Assembly: GCA_001917995.1 (NCBI GenBank)
Contig: MNFB01000008.1
Span: 1-46,474 of the forward strand
DNA: 46,474 nt
Origin: Thaumarchaeota archaeon 13_1_40CM_4_38_7
GTDB lineage: Archaea; Thermoproteota; Nitrososphaeria; Nitrososphaerales; Nitrosopumilaceae
Direction of reading: 5' to 3'
The notes under the pieces were generated by a model. It was not told where the DNA came from, searched no databases, and was given only the letters and a program-made list of their open reading frames with translations. Below, piece after piece: positions 46,328-46,474 of this stretch. A program made the position numbers and the translations under genes. Positions within the stretch are counted from its first letter, which is position 1. Each line of letters opens with the position of its first letter.

Positions 46328-46474
46328 ATGATGAGTGCGATATTCGCTATGCTCGTAGGTATGCTGTCAAACTTTGCAGGTCAAATAGGACCGAACTATG
46401 ACCCGCTCTTCTACGATGTGATGGTATACATATTTGCAACCATCATGTTCTCAGTATTCCTTCTCGGAGTCATT
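46328..46474 (+). CDS. Membrane protein, N-terminal part, truncated by the window end
   Basis: Open hydrophobic frame MMSAIFAMLVG...FSVFLLGVI, with TATATA about 25 bp upstream. Confidence 0.55.
   Translation, partial: MMSAIFAMLVGMLSNFAGQIGPNYDPLFYDVMVYIFATIMFSVFLLGVI

Noticed and set aside
1-46474. CRISPR arrays, IS elements, integrases or att sites at the tRNAs
   Set aside because: No repeat-spacer periodicity, transposase/integrase ORF or duplicated tRNA 3' end was seen by eye.

Overview
Core-genome segment of an ammonia-oxidising archaeon (Nitrososphaerota/Thaumarchaeota; Nitrosopumilales- or Nitrosotalea-like, inferred from gene content and order). It is AT-rich and densely coding. It carries 3' argH, an IMPase/FBPase, RFC-L, the acetyl/propionyl-CoA carboxylase genes of the 3HP/4HB cycle, the 11-subunit nuoABCDHIJKMLN operon, a polyprenyl synthase, a CADD-like di-iron protein, TBP, pyrE, ABCE1, a non-oxidative pentose phosphate cluster (tktN-rpe fusion, tktC, tal), a MoxR-VWA-ASCH trio, a GGR-family reductase and the rps15-DHH-pcc1-serS-rps3ae-DUF54 cluster. 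RNA genes are 4 tRNAs (two with non-canonical introns) and a solitary 5S rRNA. Elements missing from the ORF track that I read from the sequence: two candidate C/D-box guide sRNAs with plausible 23S rRNA targets, a 53-aa NitrOD1-like ORF and a 42-aa C2H2 zinc-finger ORF. Other notable points: an exact 26-bp tandem duplication frameshifts the carboxyltransferase; a 'hypothetical' protein looks like a degenerate trans-prenyltransferase fold; and a GC-richer SDR gene, flanked by an 8-bp direct repeat, interrupts the ribosomal cluster. No CRISPR array, transposase or integrase was seen. All homology calls come from motif recognition, not database searches.
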